Positions 55,902-64,000 of a DNA stretch of 64,000 bases are shown piece after piece. The stretch is from Mogibacterium sp. (GTDB taxonomy: Bacteria; Bacillota; Clostridia; Peptostreptococcales; Anaerovoracaceae). The stretch lies in the NCBI GenBank assembly GCA_017403955.1, contig JAFRDH010000025.1, positions 71,294-135,293 on the forward strand, in the 5' to 3' direction. Position 1 is the stretch's first letter, and every line of letters begins with the position of its first letter. A program made the translations under genes and the position numbers. Under the pieces are notes generated by a model. It did no database searches, was not told where the DNA came from, and saw only the letters and a program-made list of their open reading frames with translations.

Positions 55902-56900
55902 ATGGACAAGATACGTATCGGAGTAATGGGACCTGCTGAGATCGCATTCAGGAGGACAGTCCCTGCACTTATCGCAAGTGAATCAACAGAATACGCAGGT
56001 ATCTCGCATGCTAGTCTCGAGGAATGGCCGGGGCAGTCCGCAGGTCACGCTGCAAAGTGTGACAAATTCGTCGAGACTTACGGAGGCAGGATATACGATA
56101 GCTTTACTGAAATGCTCGATGATGAGAGTATAGATGCCGTATATATCCCGCTTCCTCCGGGCGCTCATCTCAAGTGGGCGACTTTGGCGCTCAACAAGGG
56201 CAAGCACGTGCTCGTCGAGAAGCCGTCAACAACTTCTCTCGAAGACACTCAGGCACTCGTAAGCCTCGCGAAGGAAAAAGGCCTTGCTTTGCACGAGAAC
56301 TACGCTTACGCATTCCACAGACAGATCCGCGCCCTGCAGGAACTCCTCAAAAGCGGCAGGATCGGAGATCTCCGAATGGTCAGAAGTTCGTTCAGCTTCC
56401 CTTACAGAGGCGAGCAGGACTTCAGATACCATGCCGATAAAGGCGGCGGAGCGATCATCGACTGCGGAGGATACCCTGTGAATCTCGTTTGCAGATTCCT
56501 TGGCGGGAACATCCGTGTCACGGATTCATTCATGGGCTCGACTCGCGAACATGATGTCGACACCTACGGGGCAGCGACACTGAGAGGCGACAACGGCGTG
56601 ATCGCACAGATATCCTGGGGAACGGATAATACTTACAGATGCAACATAGAACTTCACGGAAGCACCGGACTTGCATCGGCTGACAGAGTATTCTCACCGC
56701 CTCCTACCATGAACCCGGTCATTACGGTAAGAGACAACTCCGGGACAGAAGAGATTTTTGCGGGTTCAGAAGACCAGTTCAGAAGCTCCGCGGAATACTT
56801 CTGCAAGTGCATATCCGATCCGGAGAAGAGGGAGACAAGATATGCCGAGATCCTGAAACAGGCCGAACTGATCCAGTCGATCATTGACAGCAACAAATAG
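55902..56900 (+). CDS. Gfo/Idh/MocA-family oxidoreductase (NDP-hexose C-3 ketoreductase candidate, OleW/KijD10-like)
   Basis: IRIGVMGPAEIAFRR and the EKP motif VLVEKPSTTS. The function is inferred from its position directly after the 2,3-dehydratase. Confidence 0.65.
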   Translation: MDKIRIGVMGPAEIAFRRTVPALIASESTEYAGISHASLEEWPGQSAGHAAKCDKFVETYGGRIYDSFTEMLDDESIDAVYIPLPPGAHLKWATLALNKGKHVLVEKPSTTSLEDTQALVSLAKEKGLALHENYAYAFHRQIRALQELLKSGRIGDLRMVRSSFSFPYRGEQDFRYHADKGGGAIIDCGGYPVNLVCRFLGGNIRVTDSFMGSTREHDVDTYGAATLRGDNGVIAQISWGTDNTYRCNIELHGSTGLASADRVFSPPPTMNPVITVRDNSGTEEIFAGSEDQFRSSAEYFCKCISDPEKRETRYAEILKQAELIQSIIDSNK

Positions 56901-56911
56901 ATTGTGCACAG

Positions 56912-56941
56912 AAAAAACGACCCCGTCACCGGGGTCGTTTT
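56912..56941. terminator. Bidirectional rho-independent terminator
   Basis: AAAAA-ACGACCCCG-TCAC-CGGGGTCGT-TTT, located between convergent genes. Confidence 0.8.
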
Positions 56942-56967
56942 AGCGTCATATTCGGTTCAGCCGGGAA

Positions 56968-58287
56968 TTAATCATACATTGTGATGATGATTGCGGTCTT
57001 GTTAACGTGTGTATGCTTGTACATGAACGATGCACCACCGTTAGTCATTCTGATGCAGCCATATGTTCCAGGCTTTCCTGCCTTGGAAACGACTACTCTT
57101 GTCTTGCCGCTTTCCCACCATGTTCCTGTGTGGAATGATACGCTGCCCTTCTTGCCGATCTTGGTTCCTACATAGGATACTGTTGTGAAGTAATAACGCT
57201 TACCATTTTCCTGTACCATCCATACTTTGCCAGGTACTTTCTTGGTGATCGTGAACTTTGTATATCCGGCGTTATCTGTGGAACGCGTAGGCTGGCTGTA
57301 TTTTCCTGAAGTTATACGGTCGGTATGATAAAGTGACCACTTGCCATCATCCCACTTGAATGTGTAAGCTCTCTGTGTGTGGAGGCAAACCCATACAAGA
57401 GTATTGTCCTTTGACTTTGCAATAGGAGTAGCTTTTTTGCCAGGACCCTTTTTGTTATAGGTCTCATTGACAAACTGTTCTTTGAGTGAGCGAGTGTAGT
57501 CTTTCTTGACTATTGTACTGGCCTTGACGCCGCCCTTAAGGTCTTTCCACTTGATCCAGCCTGTGACTTTCTTGCCTTTGACTGTGTAAGTGACCTTTAC
57601 TCTTTCAGCATAGTGGTATTTCTTGACGACTGCAGGATATCTTCCGATAGCACTCATCTTGGTACCCTTTTTGACCTTGGTCAGCTTAGCAGAGCCGGAA
57701 CCCTTCTTGTATATAACAGCGGTTCTCTTTGCCTTGCAATACCAGTTGATTCCGGATGTTGCAGTAATAACGCCGGAAACAGTTGCGTACTTAGCAGAGG
57801 ACTCGACGGAGTTTGCAATGGTCTTGCCATCTTCCTTGTACTGAATAGCTCTTACTGAGTAGTAATAAGTGCCGCTAGGTACGAGGACGAAGAAAGAGTA
57901 GCTGCCGCCTGCGTTAACAGTCTTCACAACTGCCTTTGCAGCAGAGCCCTTCTTCCAGCGGAGAACCTGATATGCATCTACGCCTGTAGCATTTGCATGT
58001 GACCACTTCAGAGTATAGCCGTTGTCCTTAGCGCCTTCGAAGTCATCCTTGTCGTATTTCTTCTTGAAGGCGGTGATGACCGGAGCAGTCGTTGTGAACG
58101 GTTCTACGGCTTCACCTTCGCTGACTGTACCCAGAGTAGCTGAATCTGCATCAGCCTCAGGCACCACATCGGTTACGATCGTGCTGTCGCCGGACATTGT
58201 CTCTTCGCCTTCAGCAAATACAGCAGCTGTTGAGAATACCATCATCAAGGCAAGCAGAATTGATAAATAACGTGCATGTCTCTTCAT
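56968..58287 (-). CDS. Secreted modular protein: FN3-like, SH3-like and C-terminal L,D-transpeptidase-like (YkuD) domain
   Basis: Signal peptide: MKRHARYLSILLALMMVFSTAAVFA. FN3-like: YTLKWSHANATGVDAYQVLRWKK..YYYSVRAIQY. C-terminal: SFHTGTWW...GTYGCIRMTN, resembling the YkuD H..(S/G)xGCxR motif. Confidence 0.65.
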   Translation of the reverse strand: MKRHARYLSILLALMMVFSTAAVFAEGEETMSGDSTIVTDVVPEADADSATLGTVSEGEAVEPFTTTAPVITAFKKKYDKDDFEGAKDNGYTLKWSHANATGVDAYQVLRWKKGSAAKAVVKTVNAGGSYSFFVLVPSGTYYYSVRAIQYKEDGKTIANSVESSAKYATVSGVITATSGINWYCKAKRTAVIYKKGSGSAKLTKVKKGTKMSAIGRYPAVVKKYHYAERVKVTYTVKGKKVTGWIKWKDLKGGVKASTIVKKDYTRSLKEQFVNETYNKKGPGKKATPIAKSKDNTLVWVCLHTQRAYTFKWDDGKWSLYHTDRITSGKYSQPTRSTDNAGYTKFTITKKVPGKVWMVQENGKRYYFTTVSYVGTKIGKKGSVSFHTGTWWESGKTRVVVSKAGKPGTYGCIRMTNGGASFMYKHTHVNKTAIIITMYD

Positions 58288-58428
58288 AATATAAATCTCC
58301 TAATGTATTTAAAAAGTATAACTAATTAACAATTCCCCGATTTTATCGCATAAATCGATACATTATTCTACATTATTATTTGTTAAGAATCTCTAAAGAT
58401 TAATAAATGTTAAGATACTGTAAAGTTA

Positions 58429-58437
58429 TGATATAAT
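58429..58437 (+). promoter_or_regulatory. Extended -10 promoter element candidate
   Basis: TGATATAAT, 35 nt upstream of ATG 58473, in a very AT-rich divergent intergenic region. Confidence 0.35.
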
Positions 58438-58472
58438 ACGAGAAAATTGATAACAAACTGATAGGAGATACT

Positions 58473-59762
58473 ATGTTTGAAAAATACCAGAAGAAGTTCG
58501 TGAATCTTCAGATTTTCCTGGATCTGCCTAAGATGAAGCTGAGCCTTCCGCAGGATTATTCCAAGCTGGTGAAGATACAGAACAGAAGGATCCGCTCGCT
58601 GATGAAGGCAGCATACAAGGTCCCGTTCTATAAGGAAAGATTCGATAAAGCAGGTGTGAAGCCGGGCGACATCAAGTGTGCCGAAGATCTTGCCAAGCTG
58701 CCGCTTCTTACGAAAGAAGAGCTGCGCGCCTGGATGAAAGAAGAAGCCAAGAACCCTAAATACGAAGACTGGTTCCACGATACTACAAGTGGTTCATCCG
58801 GAGAGCCTCTCATGCTCCTCATGTCACCTCGTGAGAAAGCATATCTGATGGCAAACTGGTTCCGCGTTCTGCTCGCTGCAGGCTACAATCCGTTCCTCGG
58901 TAAGACGATGAGCCGCAAAAGTGCGCACAGCGTGACCGGCGGCAAGGACACGATCTTCCAGAAGGTCGGCATCCTGAGAAGGGACTTCCTCGACCAGTAC
59001 GCGCCTGAGGAGGAGATGATCCGCCAGGTCAACGAGTACAAGCCGGATTTCCTCTACATGAACAAGACCGAGCTCATGCGTATGTGCATGTATGCCAGCA
59101 AGAATAACGTCAAAGTCTGGCAGCCAAAGTTCTTCTGCCCGACCGGCGAGAAAATCGATGACGCAGCAAGAGCTGTTTTCTTCGAAGTACTCGGTCCGAA
59201 CATGATCGATTCCTACGGAACAGCCGAGGCCGGCGCCTGCATGGTCAAGCTCCCGGGCTGGAACGACCACAAAGTGTGGCATGACTCTTTTGTCGTAAAT
59301 ATCTATGACGATGACGGCAATCTGGCCGACGAAGGCAAGATCGTTGTCACTCCGCTCTTCAAGAAAGACCTGCCACTCATCAATTATATAGTAGGCGATA
59401 AAGTCGCATCAGAAGTGAGAGACGGTGAGAGATTCATCACTGGTGTCCAGGGCCGTATGAATGACGCGTTCAAATATGAGACCGGAGAAGTCACTACTTT
59501 CTTCGAGATCGCTCCGATCATCGCCCACTGCGAGGACGTTATCCAGATAAGATTCATCCAGGAAGATTATCATCATGTAACAGTCCAGGCAGTCCACAAC
59601 GCGAAAGAATCCACCAAATCTATAGAAGAAGTTGAAGCAGAACTCCGCAAACAGCTCACTGCCAAGTTCAAGCACCCGTTTGAACTCACCTTCGAGTGGA
59701 AAGAGAACCTGCCGCCTGATGATAACGGCAAACTCAGAATGATCGTCTGCAAAGTCAAATAA
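58473..59762 (+). CDS. Phenylacetate-CoA ligase-like adenylate-forming enzyme (PaaK/CapK/F390-synthetase family)
   Basis: 429 aa. Motifs: HDTTSGSSGEPLMLL (AMP-binding core), SYGTAEAG and C-terminal GKLRMIV. Confidence 0.7.
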   Translation: MFEKYQKKFVNLQIFLDLPKMKLSLPQDYSKLVKIQNRRIRSLMKAAYKVPFYKERFDKAGVKPGDIKCAEDLAKLPLLTKEELRAWMKEEAKNPKYEDWFHDTTSGSSGEPLMLLMSPREKAYLMANWFRVLLAAGYNPFLGKTMSRKSAHSVTGGKDTIFQKVGILRRDFLDQYAPEEEMIRQVNEYKPDFLYMNKTELMRMCMYASKNNVKVWQPKFFCPTGEKIDDAARAVFFEVLGPNMIDSYGTAEAGACMVKLPGWNDHKVWHDSFVVNIYDDDGNLADEGKIVVTPLFKKDLPLINYIVGDKVASEVRDGERFITGVQGRMNDAFKYETGEVTTFFEIAPIIAHCEDVIQIRFIQEDYHHVTVQAVHNAKESTKSIEEVEAELRKQLTAKFKHPFELTFEWKENLPPDDNGKLRMIVCKVK

Positions 59763-59854
59763 CCGGAGGACGATCCGGAAAATAAAGCAAACAAAGAAGG
59801 CGCAGCTTGCGTAATGCAGCAGACGCCTTTTTCATTGCGAGCTTGGATCTTGCG

Positions 59855-60880
59855 CTATTCTTTATGATTTGTGCCGTTGCTGTTCGAAGCATTCTTTTGC
59901 GAGGAAGGAAACCTTGCTGCCCGAAGAGCCACACCTACGATACGGCGGATGCGGCGATTAGGGATCGCGTCTTTGGCTATTTCAAGGGCGTCAAGAGCGA
60001 CATCTTTGACAACAGGATTTTTAGCCAGCTTTTTCACCTCGCGCCTGACCTTAGGCGCATTTTTTCTGACGATCTCTGAGCTCTTATCCAGAACATTCCG
60101 GCCATTGCTCTCGCGCTTTTCTTTATTATCATGTCTGGCCTTATTTTTATGAGCCTTGTCATTGTCAGATGCCTTGGCAGCCTGCTTGTCTTCTTTAGAA
60201 TCTTTCGCCTTCTTTTTATCGCTGCGGTCTTCGATCAGCTCCTCTATACACAATCCCAGGGCAAACGTTGCCTGTTCTGCAGACATCGAAGGCGGGCACG
60301 CAGGGACCTCTCCGGCTTCAAAGAGTGCCTGTGCCTGCTCAGGGAGATATGGTATGTGTATGAATCCGCCTGCCACCTTCTTGTACTTGCGTCTGATGAG
60401 GTGGAGTAGGGTGTACATCACACTATTACATACAAAAGCACCTGCTGTGTAAGAGACTTCCGCAGGGATCATATTCGCTGCAAGGCGGTTCTGCATTTTC
60501 CTGATCGGCAGACCGGTAAAAAATCCATCGGGTCCTCCCGGGATGACAGGTTCATCGCACGGCTTGTTGCCTTCATTGTCAGGGATGCGGGCATCCATTA
60601 TATTTACGGCGACTCGTTCAAGCCTGATGCCGGGACTTCCGCCTGCCTGGCCTGTGCAGATCACAGCATCAGGGGCATGCTCTTTGACAGCGCCCTCAAG
60701 TACTGCACCGGCTTTGCCGAACACTGTCGGGAGCTCAAGCTTGATGATCTTCCACCCCAGTATTTCATCGGGAAGAGCGCTCACTGCAGCCCATGAAGAA
60801 TTGATGGAATCTGAGTCGAACGGGTCAAAACCCGTAATCAGGATCTTATGTTCTGTATTATTAGCCATGTTGTTCTCCAT
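59855..60880 (-). CDS. pcp: Pyroglutamyl-peptidase I fused to a ~125-aa Lys/Arg-rich C-terminal extension
   Basis: KILITGFDPFDSDSINSSW, GIRLERVAVNI (Glu), AGAFVCNSVMY (Cys) and GGFIHIPYLPEQ (His). The tail begins at DRSDKKKAKDSKEDKQAAKASDNDKAHKNKARHDNKEKRE. Confidence 0.8.
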   Translation of the reverse strand: MENNMANNTEHKILITGFDPFDSDSINSSWAAVSALPDEILGWKIIKLELPTVFGKAGAVLEGAVKEHAPDAVICTGQAGGSPGIRLERVAVNIMDARIPDNEGNKPCDEPVIPGGPDGFFTGLPIRKMQNRLAANMIPAEVSYTAGAFVCNSVMYTLLHLIRRKYKKVAGGFIHIPYLPEQAQALFEAGEVPACPPSMSAEQATFALGLCIEELIEDRSDKKKAKDSKEDKQAAKASDNDKAHKNKARHDNKEKRESNGRNVLDKSSEIVRKNAPKVRREVKKLAKNPVVKDVALDALEIAKDAIPNRRIRRIVGVALRAARFPSSQKNASNSNGTNHKE

Positions 60881-61010
60881 TCAACCGGAACTCTCAGTCC
60901 TTTTCTTCACAAATTTTAGCATTGCGAATGAATATCGGTCAATGTGGCATATCTTGTTCAAAACATGATATTATATATGCAAATGTCACAGAACAAGTCA
61001 AGGAGGAATT

Positions 61011-64000
61011 ATGAGCAATATAAACATAAGTGATAGTTTCCTCAAGATTCTTGAGAACAATCAATCATCAGATGAACCGAAACGTCCGAGCTTCTTTGAT
61101 ACTCCATCAGAACCGGAAATAAAATCGCCGTTCGATACCCTTAAGACCAACGATAATTACCCACCGGATCCAAATGCTTCCAGGAAAATCAGGAGTGAAT
61201 TCCTGGCGAGTGAATCCGGATACGATAAATACGGCCGGATCCTCGACAGTTTTGTATGGGAAGATGAAGAAGCAGCAGATATGCTTGCAAAAATCCCGGA
61301 GCGTTTCTTCGTGATGGTCGATGAAATGTCAGAAAAATGCAGATTCAGAGTTGAATTTGAAGAGGACGATAAGAAATATTTTGTCAGGATCTCAGCTCCG
61401 GATGTTGTCTGCGGCGGAGAGTCCCTTGTCGATACCAGAAATGAACTTCGCAAGAAATCCGTTGAGAACAGCGGTCTGGTCAAAACGATCGTTGTTGACC
61501 CGGACAATCCGCGCTCGACCGGACTTGCCGGCAGCATGTGTCCGGGTAGAAGGGATCCTGATGAAAAGGGAAAGAATTGCCAGTATTATATATGCCCTGT
61601 AGATGTTGCTGTATATGTATCATATCTCAAGGCATACGGCCTTACAGACAGTCTCCGCATGAGCAGAGTGAAGTATATGGAGAATAAGGACAAGGTCGAT
61701 CTGGATACCAACAATCCATGGTATTTCCTCAATGTGCCGGCGGATCTGATCTTCAATCCTTTCGGCCGCGGATACTTTATTCCGGAAGACAAGATGATCA
61801 AAGCCAGAAAGATGCTCGATGAGGGTCTCTTTTCATCAGTCGTCACGCTGGATGAAAAGGAACGCCCGATGATCATGGCTTGTTATGACGGAACATACAG
61901 ACGTATGGAAGTCACAGACTTCGGCAAGCGCAATAATACGGAGCCTTTTGCAGATCTCTTCCTTGAGAGAAGACCTGCTGAGACAAAGTCGAAGAGACAG
62001 AGTGCTCTTGAGAAGAATGTTGCTGATGCAAAACTGTCATCTGCACACGACTTCAGACAGTTCTCGCCATGCCCATACTGCGACAACGAATTCTGCGAGA
62101 TCAAATACGCTTCTTTCGCAGACATGCTGATCCAGAGCGGCAACTATGCTTCATATATTGAGAAGTCCAGAAAGAACAAACAGAGACATGACAAAGAATA
62201 CGCGCAGTTTACAGAAGAGATCCCAAGACTTGCCGAGATCAAGGACGCAATATCCGTGCAGAACAGCTTCTTCGGCTGCGTGACAGGTAATTCCGAGAAT
62301 TTTGTCAGGAAAATCGCTTCGCTGATCGCAGAAGAGATCACATACAGACCGGGAGTTTCTCCTAACGTGGCACGCATGACCATGATGGAAATGATGACCG
62401 AGCTCAGGAGTAACACTTACTATAAGAAGATCACCGACTTCACAACAGAGATGTGGGGCAAACCTGCTAATAATCAGATCTACATCCTGAACGGCGTAGA
62501 TGAATTCATCAAATTCATCGCAAACCCTCAGCAGAAAGAAGCCGGCATGAACCTTATTGACCACCTGATCCATGTAAGGGACAATAAGTACTTCATCCTG
62601 ACGGGCACCAAGTATGACCTCGACTGCCTCTTCAATGAGTTTGTCGGGATCTCCAACGTATTCTCGCTCGGAAGCGTCGACCTCAAGGATATGACCGCAG
62701 TCGAGATCTATGATGCTTTCACAAATATGCTGACTGACAACCTGAAAGCAGCCATAACAGAGGAATTCAGGAATAAAGCGATCGACTATATCTCGCTGAA
62801 TCAGGGTGTGCTGCCGTATAACAACATGGAAATGGCAGTTTATCTTTCTGCTTATGTCAACCAGAAGGGCCTCCAGCTCCCGAAGATGCATAATGTTGAC
62901 GTCGAAAAGATGCTCAGCGAGATCATCGGAATGGACGACATCAAGCAGAAACTCAAAGATTTCGAAGCGTATACCAAGTACCAGAAGATGGTCAAAGGTC
63001 ACGGCGCGAAGGTCCCGAGTGCCAATACTCACATGGTATTCCTCGGCAATCCGGGTACCGGTAAAACTACGATCGCCCGTATAGTCGCTCAGATGATGTT
63101 CAACATCGGACTCCTGCGCAAGAACACAGTGATCGAAGTCCAGCGTAAAGACCTGATCGGAGAATATGTAGGCCATACAGCCATAAAGACGCAGGAAGTC
63201 ATTGATAAAGCAATGGGCGGCGTGCTCTTCATCGACGAAGCATACGCACTTACCGCATCAGGATCATCAAATGACTTTGGCGGAGAATGCGTTGCGACAC
63301 TCATCAAGGCGATGGAAGACCACAAAGACGACCTGATCGTGATTTTCGCAGGTTACGTAGATGAGATGAGAATGTTCCTTGCATCGAACCCGGGTCTTGA
63401 GTCAAGAGTAGGATATGTATTCAGATTTGAAGATTACGAAGTCGATGATCTCGTCAAGATCTTCAACGTCAAGATGACATCGAACGGTTACCGGTTAGAG
63501 GACGGCGTAGAAGAAAAGGTCGGAGAACTCTGCAGATACTTCAGCGGGAAACGCGACTTCGGTAACGGAAGATTTGTTGACAAAGTTATTCAGCAGACTC
63601 TCGTAAGACATGCTCAGAATGCTGATGAGAATAATCTGATCACGATCAAGCCTGAAGACATTCCTGAGATCGAAGATGTTCAGAAGACATCCGCCGGCGG
63701 ATGGGAAATGGTAAATCCGAAGGATATCACTAAGGAAGAGCTCATGACTATCGCAGTACATGAACTCGGACACGCTATCGCCGGATATTATCTCGCAGGC
63801 AACATGGAGATCGAGAAGATCTCGGTACAGGCAGATGCATCGGGCACACTCGGATTTGTCAAATACGACCTCAAGAAGAAAGCTCTCGAGTCCGAGAAAG
63901 ACCTGATCAACCAGCTGGCAGTTACACTCTCCGGCAAGAATGCAGAGGAAGTCGTCTTCCAGTCGCATACTTCAGGATGCAGCAATGACATCCAGAAAGC
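61011..64000 (+). CDS. Large soluble protein (3'-truncated by window edge): ~640-aa unknown N-terminal region + SpoVK/CbbX-type AAA+ ATPase + FtsH-like M41 metallopeptidase domain
   Basis: This ORF is not in the ORF track because it has no stop within the window. RBS AGGAGG (61001-61006) precedes ATG 61011, and the frame stays open for 996 codons. Walker A: GNPGTGKTT (63045-). Walker B: GGVLFIDEAYAL. SpoVK-type: DDLIVIFAGY and GNGRFV. M41 motifs: TIAVHELGHAI (HEXXH at 63759-63773) and TSGCSNDIQK. No hydrophobic TM segment was seen. Confidence 0.8.
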   Translation, partial: MSNINISDSFLKILENNQSSDEPKRPSFFDTPSEPEIKSPFDTLKTNDNYPPDPNASRKIRSEFLASESGYDKYGRILDSFVWEDEEAADMLAKIPERFFVMVDEMSEKCRFRVEFEEDDKKYFVRISAPDVVCGGESLVDTRNELRKKSVENSGLVKTIVVDPDNPRSTGLAGSMCPGRRDPDEKGKNCQYYICPVDVAVYVSYLKAYGLTDSLRMSRVKYMENKDKVDLDTNNPWYFLNVPADLIFNPFGRGYFIPEDKMIKARKMLDEGLFSSVVTLDEKERPMIMACYDGTYRRMEVTDFGKRNNTEPFADLFLERRPAETKSKRQSALEKNVADAKLSSAHDFRQFSPCPYCDNEFCEIKYASFADMLIQSGNYASYIEKSRKNKQRHDKEYAQFTEEIPRLAEIKDAISVQNSFFGCVTGNSENFVRKIASLIAEEITYRPGVSPNVARMTMMEMMTELRSNTYYKKITDFTTEMWGKPANNQIYILNGVDEFIKFIANPQQKEAGMNLIDHLIHVRDNKYFILTGTKYDLDCLFNEFVGISNVFSLGSVDLKDMTAVEIYDAFTNMLTDNLKAAITEEFRNKAIDYISLNQGVLPYNNMEMAVYLSAYVNQKGLQLPKMHNVDVEKMLSEIIGMDDIKQKLKDFEAYTKYQKMVKGHGAKVPSANTHMVFLGNPGTGKTTIARIVAQMMFNIGLLRKNTVIEVQRKDLIGEYVGHTAIKTQEVIDKAMGGVLFIDEAYALTASGSSNDFGGECVATLIKAMEDHKDDLIVIFAGYVDEMRMFLASNPGLESRVGYVFRFEDYEVDDLVKIFNVKMTSNGYRLEDGVEEKVGELCRYFSGKRDFGNGRFVDKVIQQTLVRHAQNADENNLITIKPEDIPEIEDVQKTSAGGWEMVNPKDITKEELMTIAVHELGHAIAGYYLAGNMEIEKISVQADASGTLGFVKYDLKKKALESEKDLINQLAVTLSGKNAEEVVFQSHTSGCSNDIQK

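Noticed and set aside
59807-60079. A 90-aa plus-strand ORF downstream of the PaaK-like gene.
   Set aside because: It is antisense to the in-frame C-terminal extension of pcp and has no RBS. It begins inside a terminator-like GC-rich hairpin region (about 59786-59818).
1-64000. A search by eye for rRNA or tRNA genes, CRISPR arrays, transposases, integrases, phage genes, reverse transcriptases, toxin-antitoxin pairs and known defence-system genes.
   Set aside because: None was recognised. All intergenic regions are shorter than 650 bp and AT-rich, with no regularly spaced direct repeats. Every ORF longer than 150 aa on the coding strand was assigned to metabolism or to the envelope. This is a negative result from visual inspection only, not from covariance-model or HMM searches.

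Overview
This is a 64-kb chromosomal segment of a Gram-positive bacterium. The protein style looks like Clostridia, possibly Lachnospiraceae, but that taxonomy is inference only. The window opens inside the 3' end of gyrA, so it is probably origin-proximal. It is almost entirely coding, mostly on the + strand.

Contents:
(i) Housekeeping genes: gyrA, a nicotinamidase-like hydrolase, galM, dtd, galE, plsC, ldh and pcp.
(ii) A dense set of secreted, modular cell-wall enzymes: one CHAP, three NlpC/P60-type, two L,D-transpeptidases, one C39-like protein and a 1391-aa S8 protease. They are built from FN3, Big_2, SH3b, G5 and choline-binding-type repeats.
(iii) A ~35-kb envelope-glycopolymer super-locus (about 15.5-51.4 kb). 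It combines a Wzx/Wzy-type operon, which encodes all five enzyme types needed for UDP-2,3-diacetamido-2,3-dideoxy-mannuronic acid, with a TagGH ABC-export teichoic-acid-type operon. It also holds five TagB/TagF paralogues, two IspD/TarI-type cytidylyltransferases, a LicC-LicA fusion and two LicD-family proteins.
(iv) An orphan NDP-hexose 2,3-dehydratase / 3-ketoreductase pair directly behind ldh.
(v) At the right edge, an ORF of more than 996 aa that the supplied ORF track omits because it runs off the window. It fuses a SpoVK/CbbX-type AAA+ module to an FtsH-like M41 HEXXH peptidase and shows no TM segment.

The most unexplained non-coding signal is a pair of perfect 21-bp inverted repeats bracketing a 482-bp AT-rich segment between galM and a surface CHAP-hydrolase gene.

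No rRNA, tRNA, CRISPR array, transposase, integrase or phage gene was recognised. All family calls come from motif recognition by eye; no database search or computation was run.
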